Shown here: positions 49,247-58,413 of the stretch, piece by piece
Numbering within the stretch: position 1 is the first letter of the stretch
Layout: every line of letters begins with the position of its first letter
Origin: Candidatus Poribacteria bacterium
GTDB lineage: Bacteria; Poribacteria; WGA-4E; WGA-3G
Length of the DNA stretch: 64,000 nt
NCBI GenBank assembly: GCA_963668035.1
Contig: OY764073.1
Coordinates: 4,743,308 to 4,807,307 of the forward strand
Reading direction: 5' to 3'
Position numbers and translations under genes: made by a program
Notes under the pieces: generated by a model
Databases searched by the model: none
What the model was told of the DNA's origin: nothing
What the model saw: only the letters and a program-made list of their open reading frames with translations

Positions 49247-50005
49247 ATGCGGTTGAATAACAAAACAGCCATTGTTACAGGAGGTGGACGCGGTATCGGT
49301 AGAGCAGTAGCTCTTCGGTTTGCCGAGGAAGGTGCTAAAGTCGTCGTTGATGACGTAAACGAGGCTATTGGAACCGGGACCGTTGCTGCGATCACCGATG
49401 CAGGCGGCGAAGCAATATTTGTTAACGCCGATGTCTCCAACACCGACGATGCCGAGAGACTAATCACGGAGACCCTTGACGCTTACGGCACAGTTGATAT
49501 TTTGGTAAACAACGCTATCTGTGCCACAGCCGATGTGTTGAACAATAATTGGGAAGCGAACTTAGCAGTCGCTCTGCGCGGCACCGGTAACTGTTCAGAT
49601 GCGGTTATTCCTGTGATGCAACAGGGGGGCGGGGGCAGTATCGTTAATATTGCCTCGGTCAACGGACTCATCGGATTGCAAGCGATTCACGCCTATTCTG
49701 CTGCAAAAGGTGGCGTTATCGCGTTGACGCGATCTATGGCAGTCGCGCATGGCAAAGACAATATCCGTATCAACTGCATCTGTCCGGGGACAATTCAGAC
49801 CGAAGTCTGGGAGCCGATGCTTGAACGTAACCCGCAGATCTTGGACGAAATCACGCCGTGGTATCCGCTCGGGCGGATCGGACAACCCGTTGACATCGCG
49901 AACGCTGCGCTCTTCCTCGCCTCCGATGAAGCCAGTTTTGCGACGGGTGCAGTTTTCGTCATTGATGGTGGATTGACTGCAGGCAATCACCAGTTTCCAA
50001 TCTAA
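49247..50005 (+). CDS. SDR family oxidoreductase
   Basis: TGGGRGIGRA cofactor motif, NAI and the catalytic YSAAKGGV (YxxxK) are present. Confidence 0.85.
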   Translation: MRLNNKTAIVTGGGRGIGRAVALRFAEEGAKVVVDDVNEAIGTGTVAAITDAGGEAIFVNADVSNTDDAERLITETLDAYGTVDILVNNAICATADVLNNNWEANLAVALRGTGNCSDAVIPVMQQGGGGSIVNIASVNGLIGLQAIHAYSAAKGGVIALTRSMAVAHGKDNIRINCICPGTIQTEVWEPMLERNPQILDEITPWYPLGRIGQPVDIANAALFLASDEASFATGAVFVIDGGLTAGNHQFPI

Positions 50006-50031
50006 CGGTTCGTAGGAAAGGAGGAAAACAG

Positions 50032-50661
50032 ATGGCATTTACGGATTTCACATCTATTGCACAGGTGCAGGAAACCTTTGACATCAAATATGTTGAAGAA
50101 GAATACATCCGATACGATGTTGATATTGAACCTTCCTCGGCGTTTTTGGAAGAGTTCACGTTTAGCCAGCAATATATTGACGTGTTGGCTTCAGAAACGT
50201 CCCGTTGTGAGAATGTTATCTATCCGATTCTCAGAGATGTTTACAAAAAATATGCTGACCGTTTTTCGCTGTGGAGCCATAAATCTATTGCTTACGACGC
50301 GCAACTCAGTGGTACCCCGGACTACCTCATTTCAACAAAATCAGCGTTGGGAAAAACGGTGCTTGGCACCCCCATCATTGTTGTTGTTGAGGCGAAACGA
50401 AATGACTTTATAGTAGGCTGGGGGCAGTGTTTAGCGGAACTCGTTGCGATTCAACGGATCAATGATGACGCTTTGCAGCCTGTTTCTGGTATTGTAACAG
50501 ATGGTGAGATGTGGCAATTCGGCAAATTAGCTGGGGACCTATTTACGCGAAACACGTCTCCTCTCGCTATCGGCGAGTTGCGGAAGGTATTTGGAGCGAT
50601 TGGGCATTTAATGCAAGCTAATTTACCTGAAACCGCAGAGCCAAATACCCACACAGCCTAA
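50032..50661 (+). CDS. Hypothetical protein with a PD-(D/E)xK nuclease-like motif
   Basis: GTPDYLIS...IIVVVEAKRND matches a PD..(D/E)xK arrangement. Length is 209 aa. Confidence 0.35.
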   Translation: MAFTDFTSIAQVQETFDIKYVEEEYIRYDVDIEPSSAFLEEFTFSQQYIDVLASETSRCENVIYPILRDVYKKYADRFSLWSHKSIAYDAQLSGTPDYLISTKSALGKTVLGTPIIVVVEAKRNDFIVGWGQCLAELVAIQRINDDALQPVSGIVTDGEMWQFGKLAGDLFTRNTSPLAIGELRKVFGAIGHLMQANLPETAEPNTHTA

Positions 50662-50760
50662 ATTCTCTCATATCAGTATAGAAAGGACATGACTCTATGT
50701 CAATAGCGGATGAGACGTTTGCGGTCAGTGAAGCAGATAAGGCGTTGAATAGGAAATTTC

Positions 50761-51606
50761 ATGGAGAATAAACAAACCTCAACTTCAACCCGTTACTATT
50801 TTGTAGATGAGGGCGGTGATAGCACCCTCTTTTCCCGTAAAGGAAAGGCGATTGTGGGTACAGAGGGATGTTCCCGGTTTTTTGTTCTCGGTTTACTGGA
50901 CGTATTGGATCCAATAGCACTAAAAGAGCGTTTTGATCGATTGCGGGCACAACTCATGGGTGATTCCTATTTCAAGAGTGTACCCTCTATGCAACCGTCC
51001 AATAGAAAAACTGCCCTTGCCTTTCATGCCAAAGATGACCTACCTGAAGTACGGAGAGATGTTTTCAGGCTTTTGCACGACACTGAGGGGTTACGCTTTT
51101 TCGCTGTCGTTGCGGATAAAATGAACGTGCTTGAATACGTGCGCCAACGCAACAAACGAGAACCCGATTACCGTTATCACCCTAACGAACTTTACGACTA
51201 TTTGACAGGATGTTTGTTCAAAAGAAGATTACGTCAGCATTGTAGATATGATATTATCTTCTCAAAACGCAGCAAATCTGGGCGCATCCATTCCTTGCGT
51301 CAAGCAATTGAAGCGGCACCGAACCTACTACAAAATCAGGACAATTTACAAAACCATATACTAACCGATGTGTCTCTGAATATATCTGCAGCAACGCCAA
51401 AAGAATATGCTGGTTTGCAAGCCGTTGATTATTTTATCTGGGCATTACAGAGGTTTTATGAACGAGATGAAGATCGATATTTAGCCTATCTATGGAAGGC
51501 TTTCGGGCTTGTACACGATATTGATGACACACGCGAGACAGATTATGGTGTTTATTATACACAAAACAAGCCGCTCACATTAGAAGCATTAAAGGGGAGA
51601 AAATAA
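50761..51606 (+). CDS. DUF3800-like hypothetical protein
   Basis: The N-terminal YYFVDEGGDSTLF resembles the DUF3800 YxFxDESG start motif. Length is 281 aa. Confidence 0.4.
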   Translation: MENKQTSTSTRYYFVDEGGDSTLFSRKGKAIVGTEGCSRFFVLGLLDVLDPIALKERFDRLRAQLMGDSYFKSVPSMQPSNRKTALAFHAKDDLPEVRRDVFRLLHDTEGLRFFAVVADKMNVLEYVRQRNKREPDYRYHPNELYDYLTGCLFKRRLRQHCRYDIIFSKRSKSGRIHSLRQAIEAAPNLLQNQDNLQNHILTDVSLNISAATPKEYAGLQAVDYFIWALQRFYERDEDRYLAYLWKAFGLVHDIDDTRETDYGVYYTQNKPLTLEALKGRK

Positions 51607-51983
51607 AAATGCCAGGGATATAGGATTGTTCTGGGCCGTAGCCTCCCAATCACGCGGCATGGAGCCGCATTTCGTCCCTGACAATTATATTATACTATAA
51701 AATAGTATAGATGTCAAGTAGAAGTCGAATAATTTTTTTCGGAGGCAGGCAAATTAGGAGACCCTTTTGAAGGTGCTCTCCCAAATTTTACAGATGTTGC
51801 GTTTTCGGTATAAGTTTGCCCGGAGTTTTCTCAACAATTGTTGATTTTTTGGCAATTTATGACGTTTTTTTCATTTTATGCACGAAATGGACTCAAAAAA
51901 GGAGTCTATATAAGATAGCGTTGGGCGAATGTTTAGACTTAAGTGTTCACTTGTGTGTTGTTGAAACAGCGGGGTTTTGATCA

Positions 51984-53720
51984 GTGGGTGAATTGTTTCA
52001 ATTTATTTTTAACCTTGACGATCCAGTGGGAAGGAACATCGTACGGATTATTCTTGTCTGCTTTATGGCCGGAGTTTTAAACTATCTTTGGCACATCGCA
52101 GTGAGGTTGCCGTGGGAATGGTGGAATCTCCACCAAGCCAAAACCTATATTGAAAAAAAATCAGGAATAGGTGATATATCGGATTTACTTCAGAATCTCC
52201 GCGACGCGGGGATCCGGGTCCGTAGCGTCATTTACCAGCGAATCGCAGATTTCGTTCGCATTAAACAGAGTGGGGGCCACATAGATAACGATGCTCTGGC
52301 TGACATCCTCACGGGTAGAGAAAGTAGAAAAGCGAGTCTGGCGAACCATACTTTGGGCATCCTAATTATTCTCGGTTTGATAGGAACGTTATGGGGATTA
52401 ATTACCGCGCTTATTAAAGTGCAACCGCTGCTAACAGGTATCCAAGATTTTGAGCAGCTCCCCGAAATTTCCGAAACCCTTAAGGCGACTGTTGCCAGTA
52501 TGAGCACGGCATTTGCGACAACACTAACAGGATTAGGAACATCGCTCCTTTTGGGTTTTTTCGGTTGGGGTTTTAATCGTTTCCAATCCACGTTTCTGAC
52601 GCGTTTTGAAACTTATATCTCAACGGTGCTCATACCCGAATTTACACAGAGGGCAGATACGTCCATTGAGTCCGCTGTTGAGCATCTTTCCGCGGCTGCC
52701 AATATGCTGGAATTTGCAACGAAAGAAAATGTAAGGGTTATACAACAGGCGATTCAGCAATTAACGGATACGTCATGGGGCGGACGGCTGGAGCAGCAGT
52801 ACATATTGGCAAATCAATTTGGCACCACTGCTGAGAGCCTCCTTAAGAGTTTGACAGGGATCAATGAATATCAGGTTCTCATCAAAACCGCCGTTGCGCA
52901 ATTTCAGGATTTGACCACAGAGTCAATGTCTCAGATTAAGGCGTATCAAGTAACACTGCGTCAAGGGTTGGAGGATTCGGTGCCAAAACTGCAAGAAGAG
53001 AGTGAGGCGTTAAAGGAAGCAATTAGCGCGTATCAGCAGTCACAATCCCGATTTATTGACGAACTTTCGGATACTTTACAACGGCAGCTACAATCTATCA
53101 CAGAAAATCAGCAGCACATGGTTCATGTGCTTACCGAATTGGCAAAGCAACTCCAGATTCTTCCGATCCTTGAGACACAGAACCAAATTTTCGAGCGGAT
53201 CGAAATCCAGTTAGCAGAAAATCAAGAAGAAGCGATCCATACTTTTAAACAATTAGAAGGTACATTCCAAAGCAGTCTTCGCTCGGCATTTGCGGCACAA
53301 AATGAGGTGTTTATGGATATACAGGCCCAATTGATAGAAAATCGACGGGAGACTGTTGAAGCTCTTACGCACTTAACAGGTGAGCTCCAGATTCGCTCTA
53401 CGCTTGAGGCACAAAATCAAGTTTTTGAACGTATTGAAAACCATTTGATTGGGCGTAGAGAATTGGATTCTGAACAGAGACAGCTCATGCAAACGCTCAT
53501 CACAAAAATTCAGCAATTGGCGGAAGTCCCCGCGGTGGAGATAAATTCGACCGCAGGGAGAGATGCATCACAGCAAATATCGCCACAGTTGCTCAGCCAG
53601 ATATCTCTTAAACTTGAGACATTGAATCAAAAATTTGATATACTTAACAACACGACGCGGCAGCCCGGCCTTTATCGTTGGTTTTCGGAAATCCGCCGCT
53701 GGTTCGGGGGTTCTCCTTAA
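51984..53720 (+). CDS. MotA/TolQ/ExbB-family proton-channel protein with a long C-terminal coiled-coil tail (ZorA-like)
   Basis: The GTG start at 51984 is tentative. The transmembrane signatures are LGLIGTLWGL and STAFATTLTGLGTSLL. A ~350-aa heptad-rich tail with internal repeats follows (QLQILPILETQNQIFERIEIQL versus ELQIRSTLEAQNQVFERIENHL). Confidence 0.6.
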   Translation: MGELFQFIFNLDDPVGRNIVRIILVCFMAGVLNYLWHIAVRLPWEWWNLHQAKTYIEKKSGIGDISDLLQNLRDAGIRVRSVIYQRIADFVRIKQSGGHIDNDALADILTGRESRKASLANHTLGILIILGLIGTLWGLITALIKVQPLLTGIQDFEQLPEISETLKATVASMSTAFATTLTGLGTSLLLGFFGWGFNRFQSTFLTRFETYISTVLIPEFTQRADTSIESAVEHLSAAANMLEFATKENVRVIQQAIQQLTDTSWGGRLEQQYILANQFGTTAESLLKSLTGINEYQVLIKTAVAQFQDLTTESMSQIKAYQVTLRQGLEDSVPKLQEESEALKEAISAYQQSQSRFIDELSDTLQRQLQSITENQQHMVHVLTELAKQLQILPILETQNQIFERIEIQLAENQEEAIHTFKQLEGTFQSSLRSAFAAQNEVFMDIQAQLIENRRETVEALTHLTGELQIRSTLEAQNQVFERIENHLIGRRELDSEQRQLMQTLITKIQQLAEVPAVEINSTAGRDASQQISPQLLSQISLKLETLNQKFDILNNTTRQPGLYRWFSEIRRWFGGSP

Positions 53721-53748
53721 TTCTACCTAAGTCATCGGAGGTATCGTA

Positions 53749-54426
53749 ATGGATCTGCGGATGCGGAAGACATCCGTTTTGAACGTCTGGCCCGCTTTTA
53801 CTGATGTCGCTATCACGATGCTCCTTATCCTGCTATTTTTCCTGTTCATTCAGTTCCTTTCTGACATCAAACCCATCCAACAGATGCGACGGGAAAAAAA
53901 ACAGGAAGTCATGCAACGTGAATTTGAGAAACGGTTTGCAGATGAGATAGAACGTGGTATCATCGGTATTAACGTCGATGGTAACTTACAAAGTTTCAGC
54001 TTTAGCGACCGGATCCTCTTTGAAACAGCGAAGGCAGAATTACAGCCTCTCGGACGTGCGACCCTCACCGATGTCGGGAGATTATTGTTGCAACGCTACA
54101 CCGAAGGCGACAAAGGGCAATGGCAACGTGCTACAGCAGCCGAAGGCGGCGAAATCTTGTATCAAAGCGTCCAAATCAACGGACATACAGACAATGTACC
54201 GATTGAGACCTTGCAATTCCCATCAAACTGGGAACTGTCATCCGCGCGTGCCATCGCTGTCTTACGCCTTTTCGTTGATGACTTACAAATGGATCCGCTC
54301 ACTTTGCTTGCGACAGGGTATGGCAAGTACCACCCTGTCGCTTCAAATGCGTCTGTGGCAGGACGTGCGAAAAACCGCCGAATTGAGATTATACTCGTTT
54401 ACTCCGAAACCGGTGAGACCGAATGA
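53749..54426 (+). CDS. MotB/OmpA-family peptidoglycan-binding membrane anchor (ZorB-like)
   Basis: The N-terminal transmembrane helix carries a conserved Asp (FTDVAITMLLILLFF). The C-terminal OmpA-like region is NGHTDNVPI...SNWELSSARA...GYGKYHPVASNASVAGRAKNRRIEI. Confidence 0.7.
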   Translation: MDLRMRKTSVLNVWPAFTDVAITMLLILLFFLFIQFLSDIKPIQQMRREKKQEVMQREFEKRFADEIERGIIGINVDGNLQSFSFSDRILFETAKAELQPLGRATLTDVGRLLLQRYTEGDKGQWQRATAAEGGEILYQSVQINGHTDNVPIETLQFPSNWELSSARAIAVLRLFVDDLQMDPLTLLATGYGKYHPVASNASVAGRAKNRRIEIILVYSETGETE

Positions 54427-55847
54427 ATTCAGAAACGGGGAACACAATGGATACTTGTCCGTTTACGCACGAAAATACTGCCTGTGATTTGCTATCAACC
54501 GAGCTCAAACGGGACATTGGACAGATGCCGAAAGCGGCTTATTGCCAACAATGTTCCGCGGTCGCCTTTCGGTGTTCTGATGGCCATTGGAACCGTACCT
54601 TTGCCCGTTTTTGCACACAATGTGGCGAAAAGCTTGAAAAACCGCGAGTATGGGAGATGGCTTCCGCGAATTCACAGCGCACAGCCACAGTTACATCGGA
54701 AGGGTTGGTGGATTCACTGTCCAGTGATTTCGGTTTCACTTCTTGGTCGCTGGACATACCGAGGGTGGAAACTCGCGAGAATTTGCCGGCTTTGTTGGCA
54801 ATTGATGGAATCGTTGTTGTACCAAATCCGGGTGCAGGTAGGCTTGATGTTTACCCGATTGCTAAATCATCTGCACAGCGGCGGATACGTCCGGAATGGA
54901 GCATCGAGCTTAATGCACCAGGGACATACGGTTCAACACCTATCTATCATGACCTCCATCTCTTTTACGTTATATCCGGCAGCATTCAGAAAAAGTCAAT
55001 TCTGGGCGGAGAGGCGGAACCTGTCCCGTTAGCAGGCGTGGATGCTGCAGAGATCGAACCCGCGCCCGAAGCCGCTCCTTTAAAATTTGAGATAGATGAT
55101 AAATATTTTATGCTTGCACCCATGAAACAACATGGGGTATTATTGTTTGACCTCACGGACTATAAAAAACTTTACATTAAGGATAAATTCTTTGCATCGG
55201 AGAACAGACCGATGTCGCCGACGATCTGTGGCAAGTACGCAATTTTCACATCTCACGAAGGCGGTATTTTTTCTCTCAACACGGAGACTCTTAAGTCGTG
55301 GTCCAAAACCTGGACGAGTTTGTCGTTTTCAGCCCCCGTTTCGCTTAACGGTTCGGTCTACTTTGAAGTCCTGGATAACAGCGGTGCCCGCAGCCTCGCG
55401 TGTTATGGACCCCAGAACAATGAATTATCGAAAATCTATGATTTAGATTGCGAACCACCAAACGCTTTAGACCAACGCAGGTCGCTTTTTATCCACCCGC
55501 CGCTCACAGATGGAAAGCGATTGTTTTTAGCCGATAGATTCGCAGAGACGGTCTATACCTATCATAGCGAGCATCGGTACGATGAAAAGAGACCGCTGCG
55601 TAAGGATAACCGTCAACCTTTATTTATCCCGCACCGATCGGTTGTAGTGGGCAATCAAATTTATTCCGCACATTCAGCGGGGTTGACTGTTATTGATGTC
55701 AATAGAGACTACACGCATTCATATCAATCGTTAGCGGTGGGGAGCCCGCGCAACCCGTCGCCTGTCGCTCCACCGATTCGTTATGGAGACAAGTTATTCA
55801 TCCTCTGTAAGGAGCAATTAGTTTGTCTGAATACCCGGAGAAATTGA
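54423..55847 (+). CDS. Zinc-ribbon-containing protein with a PQQ-like beta-propeller-like C-terminal region
   Basis: It overlaps the zorB-like stop (ATGA). The N-terminal Cys clusters are CPFTHENTAC and CQQCSAVAFRC...CTQCG. The remainder shows repeated G-x-hydrophobic blades. Confidence 0.4.
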   Translation: MNSETGNTMDTCPFTHENTACDLLSTELKRDIGQMPKAAYCQQCSAVAFRCSDGHWNRTFARFCTQCGEKLEKPRVWEMASANSQRTATVTSEGLVDSLSSDFGFTSWSLDIPRVETRENLPALLAIDGIVVVPNPGAGRLDVYPIAKSSAQRRIRPEWSIELNAPGTYGSTPIYHDLHLFYVISGSIQKKSILGGEAEPVPLAGVDAAEIEPAPEAAPLKFEIDDKYFMLAPMKQHGVLLFDLTDYKKLYIKDKFFASENRPMSPTICGKYAIFTSHEGGIFSLNTETLKSWSKTWTSLSFSAPVSLNGSVYFEVLDNSGARSLACYGPQNNELSKIYDLDCEPPNALDQRRSLFIHPPLTDGKRLFLADRFAETVYTYHSEHRYDEKRPLRKDNRQPLFIPHRSVVVGNQIYSAHSAGLTVIDVNRDYTHSYQSLAVGSPRNPSPVAPPIRYGDKLFILCKEQLVCLNTRRN

Positions 55848-55851
55848 AGTG

Positions 55852-57786
55852 ATGAAGCTTTCAAGAAATCCATTTATGATAGCGGTTTTACTTGCTTTTA
55901 TTTTTTTCGTGCCTGCTGTGAATGCCAAACACATCATCGTGACTTACGATGTGTCTGGCAGTATGTTGCGTCATCATAACAAAACGTATATGAGATCCGA
56001 GGATATCAGCAGGCTCAATACATACTTGACAAAACTGATTTTCACAGATATGTCGCACCCTTTGCTGGATAACAGTAAGGACAAATTCATCAAGGAATGC
56101 GATTCCGCGTACGCTGGCAGAAGCCTCTATCAGGCGGGTGATGTCCTCACCTACGCTGAGTATGCCGAGGATCGACGCGAGAAAATAAGCAGATCACCGG
56201 TGAACGCTAACGAATTTCAGGAACAGCTGCCTGATCCGACGAATTTAAGGCGGTCCTTTTATGGGATGGTATCTTACTTATTGCGCGCCGAAGTCGAGGT
56301 ATACGATGAATTGTTCAAAGAGGCGGATGACGAAACGTATTGGATCTTTGTGACGGACGGCGACATTGATCGTAGTGAAGAAAGTGATTCTGAAATCCGC
56401 CAAGTTTTACAGCGGCATGCGCAAATTGAAGAGGGATTCCATTCTCCGCTGATTTGCAGTATCCTTTTCAATGATCGTGTCAAAATCGAAGTGAGACGAA
56501 TCCAGAGGCGCGTAGTTATTGACACAATCTTCGTTGCCAATCAGACACACGCGAAGACAGAGATTCAAGACATCCAATTTGGAAGGGATGATACGGGACA
56601 ATTGGATGATATTGGACAGTTTACCAGCGAAACCTTGATTATTAACACGGAAAGCTCCGAAAAAACGGCATTCACATTGGGCAGTGTCACCGTTAAAGTT
56701 ACCGATAAAAACGGTAGCCCGCTTCAAATTGTTGGCGAGGATAATAGCACAAAGCCTCTACAGATTGCGCCTATCTCACTCCAAGGAAAATCACCACCGG
56801 CTATGTTCCGCATCTCACTCCCAGCATACTCCGAATTTACAGCACCTGAGAATTTATTGAGCCTTGAGGTCTTCTATAGTTATAACGGGGTTGACAGCGT
56901 GCATCAGGTACTGCCGGTCAGTTATACTGCGGTGATTGATAACATCTATTTGTCAGCGGGAACACTCCGCGTCCTATCTCCGGAAGACGCATCCATACCT
57001 TTCGGAGAACGCGGATGGCGAGGCGGAGAATTGGAACTATGGCTTCTGGACGACACTTACCTCGGAGAGCTTGTTGTTCAGAGCGAAAGCCGGAACAAAG
57101 CGGCTTTTCAGATCAAAGAAATTCTGTGTTATGTTCAAGATAAAGCCGGTCAAAAACTTTGCGATGCAAGTGTTTCAAATTCTCCAGAGAGTTTAGGGGA
57201 GCGGTTTCAAATTGCGGTTCCGAAACGCGAACGTTTGGATTGGTTTGGAAACAGTTTGACTTTGGAAATTAAATACCAATATGACGAGAAACCCAAAACT
57301 GTAGATGTTTTGATCCCCTTTAAACTCCGGTCAAACAGCGGTTTTCCGACATGGCTGCTGATTATTCTGCTATGTGTCGTGGTAATTCTTCTACTGTTTT
57401 TTGTGATCCGTGGGGTGCAAAGTTTGATAACACCGGATCCCGTGGAGATTAGGTTAGCTGAAGTTGGTGGAGATGGTATTGAGCGGAGTTTTAACCTCAC
57501 ACACAAGGCACATCTTGAATTTGGTCCCGGTGACGACGAGACATTGCGTTTTGATGTCGGCAGTTCTGCCCTCTTACGCTGCCGCCACGGAAGAATTTCG
57601 CTTTATGAAAACGCCCTTGCCGAGGAAGGAGAAGTATTAAGCACCAGTCAAACACTCACAGTGCGGCGCGACAGCGACGACGAACAGATTTCCATCAGTT
57701 TTGAAATTGTGGATGACGAACCGCAAGAAACCTTTGAGGATGACATCACCGAAGAGACTGAAGAGGATGACCCACTCCCTTATTAG
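55852..57786 (+). CDS. Membrane-anchored von Willebrand factor A (vWA) domain protein
   Basis: A signal peptide is followed by the MIDAS motif IIVTYDVSGSM (DxSxS). A late transmembrane helix FPTWLLIILLCVVVILLLFFVI and an acidic C-terminal tail EDDITEETEEDDPLPY follow. Confidence 0.55.
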   Translation: MKLSRNPFMIAVLLAFIFFVPAVNAKHIIVTYDVSGSMLRHHNKTYMRSEDISRLNTYLTKLIFTDMSHPLLDNSKDKFIKECDSAYAGRSLYQAGDVLTYAEYAEDRREKISRSPVNANEFQEQLPDPTNLRRSFYGMVSYLLRAEVEVYDELFKEADDETYWIFVTDGDIDRSEESDSEIRQVLQRHAQIEEGFHSPLICSILFNDRVKIEVRRIQRRVVIDTIFVANQTHAKTEIQDIQFGRDDTGQLDDIGQFTSETLIINTESSEKTAFTLGSVTVKVTDKNGSPLQIVGEDNSTKPLQIAPISLQGKSPPAMFRISLPAYSEFTAPENLLSLEVFYSYNGVDSVHQVLPVSYTAVIDNIYLSAGTLRVLSPEDASIPFGERGWRGGELELWLLDDTYLGELVVQSESRNKAAFQIKEILCYVQDKAGQKLCDASVSNSPESLGERFQIAVPKRERLDWFGNSLTLEIKYQYDEKPKTVDVLIPFKLRSNSGFPTWLLIILLCVVVILLLFFVIRGVQSLITPDPVEIRLAEVGGDGIERSFNLTHKAHLEFGPGDDETLRFDVGSSALLRCRHGRISLYENALAEEGEVLSTSQTLTVRRDSDDEQISISFEIVDDEPQETFEDDITEETEEDDPLPY

Positions 57787-58032
57787 TACCGATGTGATAG
57801 GGGTTCAGACTGTACGGAGAAGTCTGCTCCCCTTACGCGCTGCGAACACATTGACAAACTATTGACAATGTGATACTATTCATACAGTGCTTGCGATTGG
57901 AAGGACTACTGCTACGCATAAAGCGATGGAGTATGCAGTGTCCAAGTGTGAGCGTTCCAATAAACATTTGCTTTTGGTAAACGATTTAGCTTGTGCAAAT
58001 ATCGCCAACTTTGCCAAATTTAAGGAGATCAA

Positions 58033-58395
58033 GTGCAGAATTTTGACTTTCTTGCCAATTCGCTGGTTTGGCCGGTTTACTTCGGCCTCGTTACTTACAT
58101 TCTCGCGTGGGTTGGCGCGCGTTTCTTTGCCGGTATACTTGCAAAGCGAATCGGTAGTGAACGCGGCGGCACTGAACGCGGGACAATTCAAGCATGGCGC
58201 ATGATGATTATTCTGCATCTGATCGCGTCGGCAATTTTTGTCGGTTATCTCTGCTTTCGTGCACTCCCGCGGGTTGAGGAATGGACAGATACCCTCTGGC
58301 ATCTGGTTCCATTTCTACCGTTTCTCGTTTTGGATGTATGCTTGTTAATATCATTGGCGTCCCAGGGTCCGAAAAAGCAAAAGAAAAAACAATGA
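58033..58395 (+). CDS. Small 3-transmembrane membrane protein with a lysine-rich tail
   Basis: GTG 58033 lies 5 nt after AAGGAGA. Three hydrophobic helices are followed by the C-terminal GPKKQKKKQ. Confidence 0.45.
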   Translation: MQNFDFLANSLVWPVYFGLVTYILAWVGARFFAGILAKRIGSERGGTERGTIQAWRMMIILHLIASAIFVGYLCFRALPRVEEWTDTLWHLVPFLPFLVLDVCLLISLASQGPKKQKKKQ

Positions 58396-58413
58396 ATTTA
58401 GGAGGAGTATATT

